Shown piece after piece: positions 1-9,001 of a DNA stretch of 64,000 nucleotides. The position numbers were made by a program, and so were the translations under genes. Source of the DNA: an uncultured Candidatus Saccharibacteria bacterium. Its GTDB lineage: Bacteria > Patescibacteriota > UBA1384 > CAYJQE01. Within the stretch, counting starts at the first letter, position 1. Every line of letters begins with the position of its first letter. The notes beneath the pieces were generated by a model that saw only the letters and a program-made list of their open reading frames with translations, ran no database searches and was not told the origin of the DNA. The DNA lies in assembly GCA_964372245.1 (NCBI GenBank), contig CAYJQE010000001.1, forward strand, positions 11,745 to 75,744. The letters run 5' to 3'.

Positions 1-1
1 T

Positions 2-403
2 GACAACAAGGGTCGGTTAGCCATACCGACCAAACTCCGACCGCGGTTGACTACGAGTCCGATCTCGACTCGGGGCTTTGATCGCTCGCTCTTTATCTAT
101 CCAAAGAGGGAATGGTTGGCGGTGGCGGAAAAGCTCGAACAATTTCCGATCGCCAATCCCCAGTCGAGAGCCTTTGTTCGGATGATCTTTGCCGGCGCCG
201 CCGAGCTCGAGTTTGACCGTCAGGGCCGGGTCCTTTTGCCTCAAGTTCTGCGCGATTACGCTTCGCTCAAAACGAGAGTGGTTATCACCGGGCTTGGAAA
301 AAGAATCGAGGTTTGGGATTTCGATCTCTGGCAAAAGTACAAACTCAAGACCGTTAAAGACGAAAATGCGATCGATCAGAAGATGGAGGAACTCGGCTTT
401 TGA
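2..403 (+). CDS. mraZ: Transcriptional regulator MraZ, N-terminally truncated by the window edge
   Basis: ORF open to the window start in the frame of the 47..403 ORF. It translates DNKGRLAIPTKLRPRL...RVLLPQVLRDYASLKTRVVITGLGKRIEVWDFDLW, which matches the duplicated MraZ fold. Stop TGA at 401-403. Sits at the head of a dcw-type cluster. Confidence 0.8.
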   Translation, partial: DNKGRLAIPTKLRPRLTTSPISTRGFDRSLFIYPKREWLAVAEKLEQFPIANPQSRAFVRMIFAGAAELEFDRQGRVLLPQVLRDYASLKTRVVITGLGKRIEVWDFDLWQKYKLKTVKDENAIDQKMEELGF

Positions 404-525
404 TCCCAAGTGAGGGAGGAGGGAGGGGGTCCTCTTCTCTCGCTTGGGCTCGAAACCGGCTCTTAAAGTTTCGATCCCAACTGAAATCAAGGCAATAACA
501 CTCGGGGGAGATTGGGGAGTTCGAT

Positions 526-876
526 ATGAATCTGAAACCAAAGATGGTCGCCGGCAATCGGCTTCGGGTCGGTCTTTTTCTCGGCCGGACAAGTCGGGTT
601 TTGTTTCTGGCTTTGTTTTTTCTGGCCCTTTCTTTAGCCTATCTTTTTGGTTCGACCAATTTAGGGACCGAGGCCTATCGAATCTATGAACTCGAGACCA
701 GTCTTTCCGAGCTTAAGCAAGATCAGGAGACTTTGAAATTAAAAGAGTCGGACCTCCGGTCGCTGCCAAAGATCGAGGGCGATCTTTCCGGTCTCAATTT
801 TGAAGCGACCGATCGAGCCATCCGTCTGGAAAGCGGCGAAGTCGCAAAAAGGGATTTTAGCCAGAAGATCGAGTAG
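526..876 (+). CDS. ftsL: FtsL/DivIC-like cell-division protein (short N-tail, one TM helix, coiled coil)
   Basis: 116 aa. Hydrophobic segment RVLFLALFFLALSLAYLF is followed by a heptad-like stretch (ELETSLSELKQDQETLKLKESDLRSL). Lies between mraZ and ftsI, the canonical ftsL position. No rsmH lies between mraZ and this gene. Confidence 0.5.
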   Translation: MNLKPKMVAGNRLRVGLFLGRTSRVLFLALFFLALSLAYLFGSTNLGTEAYRIYELETSLSELKQDQETLKLKESDLRSLPKIEGDLSGLNFEATDRAIRLESGEVAKRDFSQKIE

Positions 877-884
877 TTTGTCTC

Positions 885-2642
885 ATGAATCAGTCAGAAT
901 TCGAGAAAAGTCCGCTCGAAGATCTTGAAATTCGACGGCTGAAAATCATAACCGTTCTCTCGATTATTTGCTTTCTGATTCTTCTCGGCCGGTTTTTCGA
1001 CACCCAGGTCATTAAGGCCGCGAGTTTTCGGGAGGAGGCCGACAAACAACATCTAACAACTCGCGAGTTGCCGGCCAAGAGAGGACGAATCCTGGCCCGA
1101 GATTACTGGTACTCGGCCGACGATGAGGGTCGGAGAGATTCGATCGCGATTCTGGCTGACAACGAAAAGCGATTTGAGCTCTGGGTTGTGCCGAGAAATA
1201 TCCCCGATAAAAAAGCGGTGGCCGAGAGGTTGGCCAAGTTTTTGCCCGAGATCGGACAGGAAACGATCTTCGAGAAAATAAATAACGACCAGCTCTACAT
1301 TCCGCCCCTAAAGAAGGACCTGACGAAAGATGAAGCGGCCGGAATCGAGGCGGCGAAAATCGAGGGCGTTCTGCTTATTCCGAGCTCAAAGCGGGTCTAT
1401 CCGGAAGGCGAGCTGGCGGCGCAATTGATCGGTTTTGTTGACGCCGAGGGGACGGGTCGCTACGGCATAGAAGGCTTCTACGACCAAGAGTTGAAAGGTC
1501 AGCCCGGCCGACTGGTTGCCAAGAAAAGCCCCGAGGGTCAGCTCCTTGAAACCGGCGAGATCGAAGCCTCGAAAGATGGGGTTGACGTTATGCTCACAGT
1601 TGATCGGAATGTTCAGTATTCGATTGAGCGTTTGCTCAAAGAGGCGATCGAGCGCTATAAGGCCAAAAGCGGGACGATCGCGGTTTTGAATAGCAAGACC
1701 GGCGGTGTTATCGGTTTGGCTTCATCTCCGGCTTTTAATCCCAACAGCTACTCTCAATTGCAAAAGGAGCAACATGGCCGATTTTTGAATCCGGCTGTCA
1801 GCAACGTTTGGGAGCCGGGCAGCATATTTAAACCGATCGTTGTTGCCGCCGGCCTTGACGAGGAGGCGATCAGCCCCGATTCGGAAGGAGAGTTTGGCGC
1901 GGCGGTCACAATTAACGGCTTTACGATTCACAACTCGGTCAACCGGCCTTATGGTCGGGAGACGGTTCGTCAGATTCTTGAAAATTCCGATAACATCGGG
2001 ATGGTTTGGGTGGCGAACCAGATCGGCAACGAAAAGCTAGAGAAGGTTCTTAGGAAGTTTGGTTTTGGTCAAAAATTGGGAGTTGACATTCAGTCCGAGG
2101 CCCAAGGCTCTCTGCTTGAAGCCAAAAAATGGCGAGATATCAATCGGGCGACGATCGCTTTTGGCCAAGGGGTCTCGGTTACCCCGATCCAAATGCTCGC
2201 CTCTTATGGGGCGATTGCCAACAACGGTCGCCTGATTCGACCCCATGTCGTAGATCAGATCATCGGCCCCGATGGCCTTGCTCGGGAGGTGAAGCCGCAA
2301 ATTTTGCGTCAGGTGATCTCGCCGAAATCGGCAAAGGAATTGGTCGAGATGCTCGAGTATGTCGTTAACTTCGCCTACTCTCGGCGAGCGATTGTTAGTG
2401 GCTATCGAGTTGCCGGCAAATCTGGCACAGCTCAAGTTCCGCTCCCCGGCGGCAGTTATTCCTCGGACGAGACGGTTCAGTCGTTCATCGGTTTTGGGCC
2501 GGTCAACGATCCGACATTTGTCGTTTTGGTCAAGCTCGATCAGCCGAGCGAGTCCCGCTTTGCCGAATATTCGGCGGCGCCGACCTTCTCCAAAGTTATG
2601 CAATATCTTTTCGCCTACTACCAGATTGCGCCCGATGACTGA
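885..2642 (+). CDS. ftsI: Class B penicillin-binding protein / peptidoglycan D,D-transpeptidase (FtsI-type)
   Basis: 585 aa with an N-terminal TM helix. Transpeptidase motifs SxxK (GSIFKP), SxN (NSDN) and KSG (AGKSGTA) are present. Sits in the dcw cluster. Confidence 0.85.
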   Translation: MNQSEFEKSPLEDLEIRRLKIITVLSIICFLILLGRFFDTQVIKAASFREEADKQHLTTRELPAKRGRILARDYWYSADDEGRRDSIAILADNEKRFELWVVPRNIPDKKAVAERLAKFLPEIGQETIFEKINNDQLYIPPLKKDLTKDEAAGIEAAKIEGVLLIPSSKRVYPEGELAAQLIGFVDAEGTGRYGIEGFYDQELKGQPGRLVAKKSPEGQLLETGEIEASKDGVDVMLTVDRNVQYSIERLLKEAIERYKAKSGTIAVLNSKTGGVIGLASSPAFNPNSYSQLQKEQHGRFLNPAVSNVWEPGSIFKPIVVAAGLDEEAISPDSEGEFGAAVTINGFTIHNSVNRPYGRETVRQILENSDNIGMVWVANQIGNEKLEKVLRKFGFGQKLGVDIQSEAQGSLLEAKKWRDINRATIAFGQGVSVTPIQMLASYGAIANNGRLIRPHVVDQIIGPDGLAREVKPQILRQVISPKSAKELVEMLEYVVNFAYSRRAIVSGYRVAGKSGTAQVPLPGGSYSSDETVQSFIGFGPVNDPTFVVLVKLDQPSESRFAEYSAAPTFSKVMQYLFAYYQIAPDD

Positions 2643-2707
2643 TCGGCCGTTCCCCGGTCTCTATTTTCCTGATTTGACTCTTCTCTTTAAAGGGCTAGAA
2701 TCGGTTT

Positions 2708-3997
2708 TTGATCTTCGATAGCTTAATTTTGATGAAATCATCGCTTCGTTCCTTGGTCGTTTGGTGGCTCTGGTTGTGGGTCAGGAGTTTGATTTTTCGG
2801 TTTCGTCCCAAAATTGTCGGCATCACCGGCAGTGTTGGCAAAACGACTGCCAAAGAGGCGATCTTCCACCTTCTGAAGTCGGATTTTACGAAGATCGAAA
2901 AGGTGCAAGGCAATCTCAATACCGAGGTTGGCATCCCGCTCGCTCTACTCGGCTTTAAGCCCCCGATATCCGCCCTTGATTGGCTGATCACTCTCGGCCT
3001 CGTCTGCCCGAAAGCCCTTTTTCGGTTTTCCTTTCCGGCGATCTGGCTGATTGAATACGCCGCCGACAAGCCGGGCGATATCGGTTTCTTGGTCAGAAAA
3101 TTGCCACCCGACCTTGTTCTTTTGACCCGAATTTCGGAGGCTCATCTTGAGAACTTTCAGAGTCTCGAGGCCGTGGCGGCCGAGAAATTACTCCTCGCCT
3201 TAAGATCAAAGCCGGAGGCGGTCATTATTAGAAATTTTGACGATGAGCTCCAGACGGCCGATTTTGATCAGAGACCGACCTTCAGTTATGGTTTCAAGGC
3301 TGGCGATCTTCAGCTTAAAAATCTTAAATTTTCCAAGACTGGCTTCAGGGGTTATCTGACCGAGGGCAAAAAAAAGGCGTTGATCGAAACCCGGCTTTTC
3401 AATCGCGGTCTTCTCGAGTCAACTCTTGGCGCGATGGCGGTTGCCCGCCAGTTTTCACTCTCTCTCAAAACGATCGCTAGGCGAATTGGCTCGTTTCGAC
3501 CGATTGCCGGGCGGGGGAGAATTGTCCCGGGCGTCAAAAATTCGATTATTCTCGACGAGTCTTATAATGCCAGCCCGGCCTCGGTTAAAGCCGCCTGCCA
3601 AACTTTGGCCGATTTTCCTCGCTCGGGGAGAAAGGTCGCTATCCTTGGCGACATGCGGGAACTTGGTCGAGAAGCCGTCTTTCTTCACCGACTGACGGGC
3701 GAGTCGGTCGCCCATCAGGCCGATCTTTTTATCTTGGTCGGCGATCATCGGTTAGACTTTCAGGCCGGTCTTTTTTCAGCCGGTCAATCATCAAAATCAA
3801 TTCAGCTCTTTCGAACGACCGGCGAGCTAATCGAAAAGATCAAGGCAATTTTGGAGCCGAGTGATACAATACTGGTCAAGGCCTCTCAAAATAACCTCCG
3901 GTTCGAAAAGGTGGTCGAGGCCTTGATGAGAGACAAAAGAAGGGCGGCTCGGCTTTTGGTCAGACAGACCGGCTTCTGGAAGAAAAAGGCGATATAA
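2708..3997 (+). CDS. murF: UDP-N-acetylmuramoyl-tripeptide--D-alanyl-D-alanine ligase (Mur ligase family, MurF-like)
   Basis: Mur ligase P-loop IVGITGSVGKTT. MurF-type C-terminal motifs DESYNASPASVKAA and VAILGDMRELG. Position 2708 is a TTG start; the first ATG is at 2732. It is the only Mur ligase in this cluster. Confidence 0.7.
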   Translation: MIFDSLILMKSSLRSLVVWWLWLWVRSLIFRFRPKIVGITGSVGKTTAKEAIFHLLKSDFTKIEKVQGNLNTEVGIPLALLGFKPPISALDWLITLGLVCPKALFRFSFPAIWLIEYAADKPGDIGFLVRKLPPDLVLLTRISEAHLENFQSLEAVAAEKLLLALRSKPEAVIIRNFDDELQTADFDQRPTFSYGFKAGDLQLKNLKFSKTGFRGYLTEGKKKALIETRLFNRGLLESTLGAMAVARQFSLSLKTIARRIGSFRPIAGRGRIVPGVKNSIILDESYNASPASVKAACQTLADFPRSGRKVAILGDMRELGREAVFLHRLTGESVAHQADLFILVGDHRLDFQAGLFSAGQSSKSIQLFRTTGELIEKIKAILEPSDTILVKASQNNLRFEKVVEALMRDKRRAARLLVRQTGFWKKKAI

Positions 3998-4036
3998 ACT
4001 TCGAGGCGATTCGATGTTAAAAACGAAGTTTTTTTC

Positions 4037-5077
4037 ATGATAGAGACGGTTGTTTTGGTTCAAGGCGACCTGGTCCGTCTTTTCTTGCTCACCTTTCTTT
4101 CGTTCGTCATCGCCATGTCTTTGACTCCAATTTGGGCCGACCTGCTTTACGACTTTAAGCTTTGGAAGAAACCCCGGCAAGAAGCGGCAACCGGCGAGAA
4201 GGCGAAAATCTATCTTCAGCTTCACAGGGCCAAACATCGGAATATTCCGACCATGGCCGGAGTTTTGATCTGGTTCTCGGTCCTGATTGTCACCCTGCTC
4301 TTCAATTTCAGTCGAATTCAAACTTATCTGCCGCTTTTTACCCTTGTCTCCTTCGGTCTTCTTGGGATGATTGACGACCTGATCAATGTTTCTGGCAATA
4401 AAAAAGTTGGTGGTCTGGGAAATCTGGGCAAGCAATTCTGGCTTTTGACTCTTGGCGGACTTGGCTCTTGGTGGTTCTATCAAAAGCTCGGCTTTGGTCG
4501 CGATATTGGCATTCATATCCCGGGAATGGGCGACTACGCGATCGGTCTTTTTTACATCCCTCTCTTTATTTTCGTTATCTGGTTTATGGCCAACGCCGTT
4601 AATGTAACCGACGGTCTGGACGGTTTGGCCGGCGGTCTCCTGGCGGTTGCTTTCGGCGCCTACAGCTTGATCGCCTTGACTCAAGGTCGGGTTGGTCTAA
4701 GCGTCTTTTGCGGTTCGGTGGTCGGGGCGACTTTGGCCTATACCTGGTTCAATATCCATCCAGCGAGATTTTTTATGGGCGACACCGGTTCTCTCGCTCT
4801 GGGAGCAAGCCTTGGCGTTGTTGCTATGTTGACCAATACTCTTGCCGTTTTGCCGATTATCGGTCTGGTTTTTGTTGTTGAGTTTCTTTCCTCTTTGATT
4901 CAGATCGGCAGTAAAAAGTTTTTTGGCCGAAAGGTTTTCTTGGTCGCCCCTCTCCATCATCATTTTGAAGCCCTCTCTTGGCCTGAAACCAAAGTGACAA
5001 TGAGGTTTTGGGTCATCGGTTCGGTGATGGCGGTCGTAGGTCTTGGGATAGCTCTTTTTGGTCGAGGCGGCCTCTAA
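4037..5077 (+). CDS. mraY: Phospho-N-acetylmuramoyl-pentapeptide transferase
   Basis: 346-aa polytopic membrane protein with MraY signatures (NAVNVTDGLDGLAGG, MGDTGSLALG, APLHHHFE). Confidence 0.9.
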   Translation: MIETVVLVQGDLVRLFLLTFLSFVIAMSLTPIWADLLYDFKLWKKPRQEAATGEKAKIYLQLHRAKHRNIPTMAGVLIWFSVLIVTLLFNFSRIQTYLPLFTLVSFGLLGMIDDLINVSGNKKVGGLGNLGKQFWLLTLGGLGSWWFYQKLGFGRDIGIHIPGMGDYAIGLFYIPLFIFVIWFMANAVNVTDGLDGLAGGLLAVAFGAYSLIALTQGRVGLSVFCGSVVGATLAYTWFNIHPARFFMGDTGSLALGASLGVVAMLTNTLAVLPIIGLVFVVEFLSSLIQIGSKKFFGRKVFLVAPLHHHFEALSWPETKVTMRFWVIGSVMAVVGLGIALFGRGGL

Positions 5078-5083
5078 CAAACA

Positions 5084-6208
5084 ATGGCGGGGTTTGAGAG
5101 TCGGGTTCGACTTCGGAAAAAACCTGACTCAAAAATACTAATCAGCGCGGCTGCTCTCGTTTTTATCGGTCTGGTCGAGATCTATTCATCTTCGGTTGTC
5201 GTCTCTTTTGAGCGCTTTGGTTCAAATTATTTTTATATCTCCCGCCAGTTGCTTTTTCTGCTCCCCGGTCTCGCCGCTCTTTGGGCTTTTAGCAAAACCG
5301 ATTATCGGTTTTGGCGACACCATACCAAAGAGCTTTTTTTCGGGACTATTTTCCTTCTCTCAATCGTTCTCCTGATCGGTCAAGGCGATGTCTCGGGCGC
5401 TAACCGCTGGATCAGCCTCGGCAACTTTTTCATCCAGCCCTCGGAGTTCGCCAAACTGACCTTCATTCTTTATCTGGCGGCTTTTTTTGACCGGAAGAGT
5501 GGCGAAATTGCCAATTTCAAACGGGGCTTCTTGCCCTTCGCTTTGACCGTGGTGGTTGTTTCGACTCTGGTTATGCTCGAACCCGATCTCGGGACAACCT
5601 CGATCTTAGCGATTATCGCGATCAGTCTCTATTTTTTGGCTGGCGCTCCATTTCGTCATCTGGCAATCGGCTCATTCGCCGCTCTGCTTGGTTTTTTGGC
5701 TCTAATTAGAGCGGCGCCTTATCGGCTGGCCAGACTGCGAGTTTTTCTCAACCCCGATCTTGATCCCCAAGGCATCGGTTATCATCTGAAAAATGCTCTG
5801 ATCGCCGTTGGCAGCGGCGGCCTTTTCGGCCGAGGCTTTGGCCAGAGTCTTCAGAAGCATCTTTATCTGCCGTCGGCTCATACCGACTCAATCATTGCCA
5901 TCGCGGCCGAAGAGCTCGGATTTATCCGGATCTCGGTCATTCTTCTGATCTATCTCTTCTTTGTTTTAAGAGCCTTTCGGGTCGCCAGACTGGCGCCCGA
6001 TCGTTTTGGTCGGTTAGTGGCGGCTGGCATCGGAGTCTGGTTTTTCTTTCAGGCCTTCTTAAATATCGCCGCCAATCTTTCACTTATGCCGCTAACGGGA
6101 GTGCCCCTGCCCTTCATCTCATATGGCGGCTCGTCGCTCGTTGTCTCCCTTGCCGCCGTTGGTCTCTTGCTCAACATTAGTCGGACGGCTGATCGAGCGG
6201 CCGATTAA
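5084..6208 (+). CDS. ftsW: SEDS-family peptidoglycan glycosyltransferase FtsW/RodA
   Basis: 374-aa multi-TM protein with SEDS motifs (LPSAHTDSIIAIAAEELGF, LPFISYGGSS). Confidence 0.85.
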   Translation: MAGFESRVRLRKKPDSKILISAAALVFIGLVEIYSSSVVVSFERFGSNYFYISRQLLFLLPGLAALWAFSKTDYRFWRHHTKELFFGTIFLLSIVLLIGQGDVSGANRWISLGNFFIQPSEFAKLTFILYLAAFFDRKSGEIANFKRGFLPFALTVVVVSTLVMLEPDLGTTSILAIIAISLYFLAGAPFRHLAIGSFAALLGFLALIRAAPYRLARLRVFLNPDLDPQGIGYHLKNALIAVGSGGLFGRGFGQSLQKHLYLPSAHTDSIIAIAAEELGFIRISVILLIYLFFVLRAFRVARLAPDRFGRLVAAGIGVWFFFQAFLNIAANLSLMPLTGVPLPFISYGGSSLVVSLAAVGLLLNISRTADRAAD

Positions 6209-6259
6209 CTCTTGTCGGCTGGACTTTTGGTCTTAAGACTGCTTAAATGAAGACCAATA

Positions 6260-7420
6260 ATGACGGCAAGATCGGGTAGGCGAGGCCCAAGGGCCGATTT
6301 TCGATCGGAGCCTCGGGTGTTGATCGCCGGCGGCGGCAGCGGCGGTCATGTTTTTCCGGCCTTGGCTGTTGTTTCAGCCATTCGTCGTCTAAACAATAGA
6401 ACGAGATTTCTTTTTGTTGGCTCAAAAGAGGGGATAGAGGCGGTTTCTGTTCCCAAGGCCGGTTTAACGTTCGCCGCGATCCCAACCGGCAAATGGCGGC
6501 GATATCTCTCTGTCCAAAACTTTTTCGACCTTTTCCGGGTATCGTTGGGTTTGATATCGGCTTTGAGAATAATTCGGGATTTCAAACCCGATGTCATTTT
6601 CGCCAAAGGGGGGTATGTCGCCTTTCCAGTCGCGCTTGCCGGCTTTTTGAAGGGGGTGCCGATTATCGTTCACGAATCGGACGCGGTTGAGGGATTGGCC
6701 AACAGATTGATCGGTCGAGTGGCCAAAAAGGTCTGTTTTGGTTTTCAGGTCTCTCCCCTCTCGCCAAAGTCGGTTTTTACCGGCAATCCAGTCCGAGAAA
6801 AAATGATCAATTGGGCAAAACGGTACCGGCTTTTGGGGAACAAACTTAAAAAGCCCGACTTTCTTGACCAAAAGATGCCTTTGGTTCTCGTCCTCGGCGG
6901 CAGCCAAGGCGCCCATCGAATCAACTTATTGGTCGAGGCTCTGCTGCCAATGGTTGCCAAGAAGGCGATGGTTGTTCACCAGACCGGATCGAGAGAATTT
7001 GCCCGCTATCGCCAACTAAAACAACGGCTTAAGCCGGAGCTGGCCAAGAACTACTTCCCGTTTGAGTTTCTTGAGGAAGACGGACTTTCTGAACTGCTGG
7101 CGACTTCGAGCCTTATCATCACCCGTTCCGGAGCGAACAGTCTCTCGGAGATCGCGCTTTTTGGCAAACCGGTCATTTTGATTCCCCTCTCGACCGCCGC
7201 TTCCAATCATCAAGCTAAAAACGCCGCCTATTTCAAACGACGAGGCGGAGCCTTGGTCTTTGATGAGCGAAAGTTGAATCACAATATTCTCGCTCGAACC
7301 GTCCTTTCGATCATCGAAAACAAAAAAAGGGCCCGCGGTCTGGCCGAGAAGATCAGCCGACTGGGAGAAGAAGACGCGGCGCTCAAGATTGCCGAAATTG
7401 TTCTAAAAGTCAGAAAATAA
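6260..7420 (+). CDS. murG: UDP-N-acetylglucosamine--N-acetylmuramyl-(pentapeptide) pyrophosphoryl-undecaprenol GlcNAc transferase
   Basis: G-loop LIAGGGSGGHVFPALAV and a GT28 C-terminal domain. The true start may be an internal GTG near 6316, giving MKIVLTGGG-like geometry. Confidence 0.85.
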   Translation: MTARSGRRGPRADFRSEPRVLIAGGGSGGHVFPALAVVSAIRRLNNRTRFLFVGSKEGIEAVSVPKAGLTFAAIPTGKWRRYLSVQNFFDLFRVSLGLISALRIIRDFKPDVIFAKGGYVAFPVALAGFLKGVPIIVHESDAVEGLANRLIGRVAKKVCFGFQVSPLSPKSVFTGNPVREKMINWAKRYRLLGNKLKKPDFLDQKMPLVLVLGGSQGAHRINLLVEALLPMVAKKAMVVHQTGSREFARYRQLKQRLKPELAKNYFPFEFLEEDGLSELLATSSLIITRSGANSLSEIALFGKPVILIPLSTAASNHQAKNAAYFKRRGGALVFDERKLNHNILARTVLSIIENKKRARGLAEKISRLGEEDAALKIAEIVLKVRK

Positions 7421-8030
7421 CCTTAAAATGGTTGGCTGGGAGCTCTTTTTAGCCGGAAGAGACCGGCAATTTCTCAAAGCCGGCGGATCGCTGGCCGCAA
7501 GAAAATCAAGAATGTCAGGGGATCTAAAAACAGGTTCTTTAAGAGATTTGGCAGGCAGTTTTCTAGAGCCGTGCTCAAAAACTCTCTCCCCCTGCTTGTT
7601 CCAGCCGATTCTTGATTGTCCGATCGCGATCGAATGCCTTTTAGCTCGTTTGACCGAATGGCCAAAGGACTTTGCTTTGGCGGCGGTCGAGATAAGACCC
7701 TAGAATGCCAAGCTAGGCGATAGTTCTTTTAGATTTGCCGAGACCGAGACGCGTCGGCGGCGACTCTCGTGTTATCGAGGCCTTCAATGAGATCGAGAAA
7801 GGAGTCAATGACGAGAGTCTTTTCGACCAGGCCAGAGAGTATCGTTCAGCCGATTCTTGACCACCCGGAATGGTTGGTTGAGCGCGATTTCAACCCTCTC
7901 CCTGAAACCCTTGATTGCCTCATTCCCATTGAACAGATTGAGCGAAACAGTTCTAACTTGTGAGCGATCTGGTTGGTCGGGAGAGTGTTTTGTTGACGAC
8001 TCTCCTTTGTGGTAGTCTTTAAATTAGTGG

Positions 8031-8053
8031 TTTTTTAGTTCAGAACTAAAAAA
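8031..8053. promoter_or_regulatory. Perfect 11-1-11 palindrome TTTTTTAGTTC-A-GAACTAAAAAA upstream of a small membrane-protein gene (candidate operator)
   Basis: Exact inverted repeat seen in sequence, 21-43 bp upstream of the ATG at 8074. A 1-nt centre is too short for an RNA hairpin loop, so a dimeric protein-binding site is more likely. Confidence 0.4.
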
Positions 8054-8073
8054 AGAGAGAGGAGGTGGTAATT

Positions 8074-8400
8074 ATGGACACAACCCAAATCGGGAGATGG
8101 GCTTATGTCGCTGGCTTGATTTTGTCGGTTGTTCTTGGCTGGTACGCTGTTTCCGGCGCGACGACTATTTTAATTATTCTCGGCTTGGTCGTCGGCTTTC
8201 TCAATATTGGCGAGAAAGAGAGCACCTCATTTCTGGTCGCGGTCATCGCCCTAATGTTGGTTGGTTTGGCCGGAACCTCCTCGATCGCGGTTGCCGGAAC
8301 CGGCGATACCTTAGTAAAGATGTTTGACGCCTTTGTCAGCTTTTCAGCCGCGGCCGCGCTGGTAGTTGGAATAAAACAGGTCGTATCGCTCGCCAAGTAG
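8074..8400 (+). CDS. Small hydrophobic membrane protein (three predicted TM segments), function unknown
   Basis: ATG at 8074 is preceded by a strong SD (GGAGG at 8061-8065); an alternative GTG lies at 8065. The product MDTTQIGRWAYVAGLILSVVLGWYAVS... is almost entirely hydrophobic. Confidence 0.5.
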   Translation: MDTTQIGRWAYVAGLILSVVLGWYAVSGATTILIILGLVVGFLNIGEKESTSFLVAVIALMLVGLAGTSSIAVAGTGDTLVKMFDAFVSFSAAAALVVGIKQVVSLAK

Positions 8401-8888
8401 ATCGAGTCAATGACATCTAGGGACTTCCAAGCCGAATGGCTGGCGCCATTCAAATGCTCGACCACGCTCGTTTGAGCGCTTCCGATGGTTACACCTTTTG
8501 CCAGCTTTCCCGCGGGGTCGATCAACCTTTTGATCGAGATTTCATTAATCCCGAACCCTTCCGGGAGGAAGACGGGGGTGGTTTTTAGTTTTTCATTCGG
8601 ACCAACCCTTGGTCCGATAAATTTTGTCCAATCGCCATCATCTTCAAGCTGAAAAACGATCAGACCCCCGTCTTGTCTGAAGCCGATGAACCCAAGGTTC
8701 GGATCGGCTAACCCCTTGGAGAGAGCGATCGCGGACCGGTTGTTTCGAATTCGAGAAAGACTCAACCAGTCAGGGCCACTCTTAAAAACTTTTGGGTAAA
8801 ATCTTTTTCCTGCTGCCGCATGGTTTGCGGCATTTGTCAGCTTGATCAGCTTTTTCTGTTCCTTGTTCATTCCACAACCTCTTTTCAA
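8103..8888 (-). CDS. Hypothetical protein whose 3' third overlaps the opposite-strand membrane-protein gene
   Basis: 261-aa ORF. The N-terminal ~160 aa (MNKEQKKLIKL...FRQDGGLIVFQLEDDGDWTKF...) look protein-like. The C-terminal ~100 aa, antisense to 8103-8400, are Pro/Thr/Ala-rich, as expected from antisense reading of a hydrophobic gene. The true 3' end is uncertain. Confidence 0.4.
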   Translation of the reverse strand: MKRGCGMNKEQKKLIKLTNAANHAAAGKRFYPKVFKSGPDWLSLSRIRNNRSAIALSKGLADPNLGFIGFRQDGGLIVFQLEDDGDWTKFIGPRVGPNEKLKTTPVFLPEGFGINEISIKRLIDPAGKLAKGVTIGSAQTSVVEHLNGASHSAWKSLDVIDSIYLASDTTCFIPTTSAAAAEKLTKASNIFTKVSPVPATAIEEVPAKPTNIRAMTATRNEVLSFSPILRKPTTKPRIIKIVVAPETAYQPRTTDKIKPAT

Positions 8889-9001
8889 AAAATCCGAGCC
8901 CTGACTCCCGAAGGATGTCAGATACTCTTGACAGTTATTTTATCCGAACCAGCGGATCTGTCAACCACTGTTGACAGATCAGATAAATCGCGAGGCCGAG
9001 A

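Noticed and set aside
17-592. 191-aa minus-strand ORF at the window start
   Set aside because: Antisense to the well-supported mraZ reading frame, with Arg/Pro/Ser-rich composition typical of a shadow ORF.
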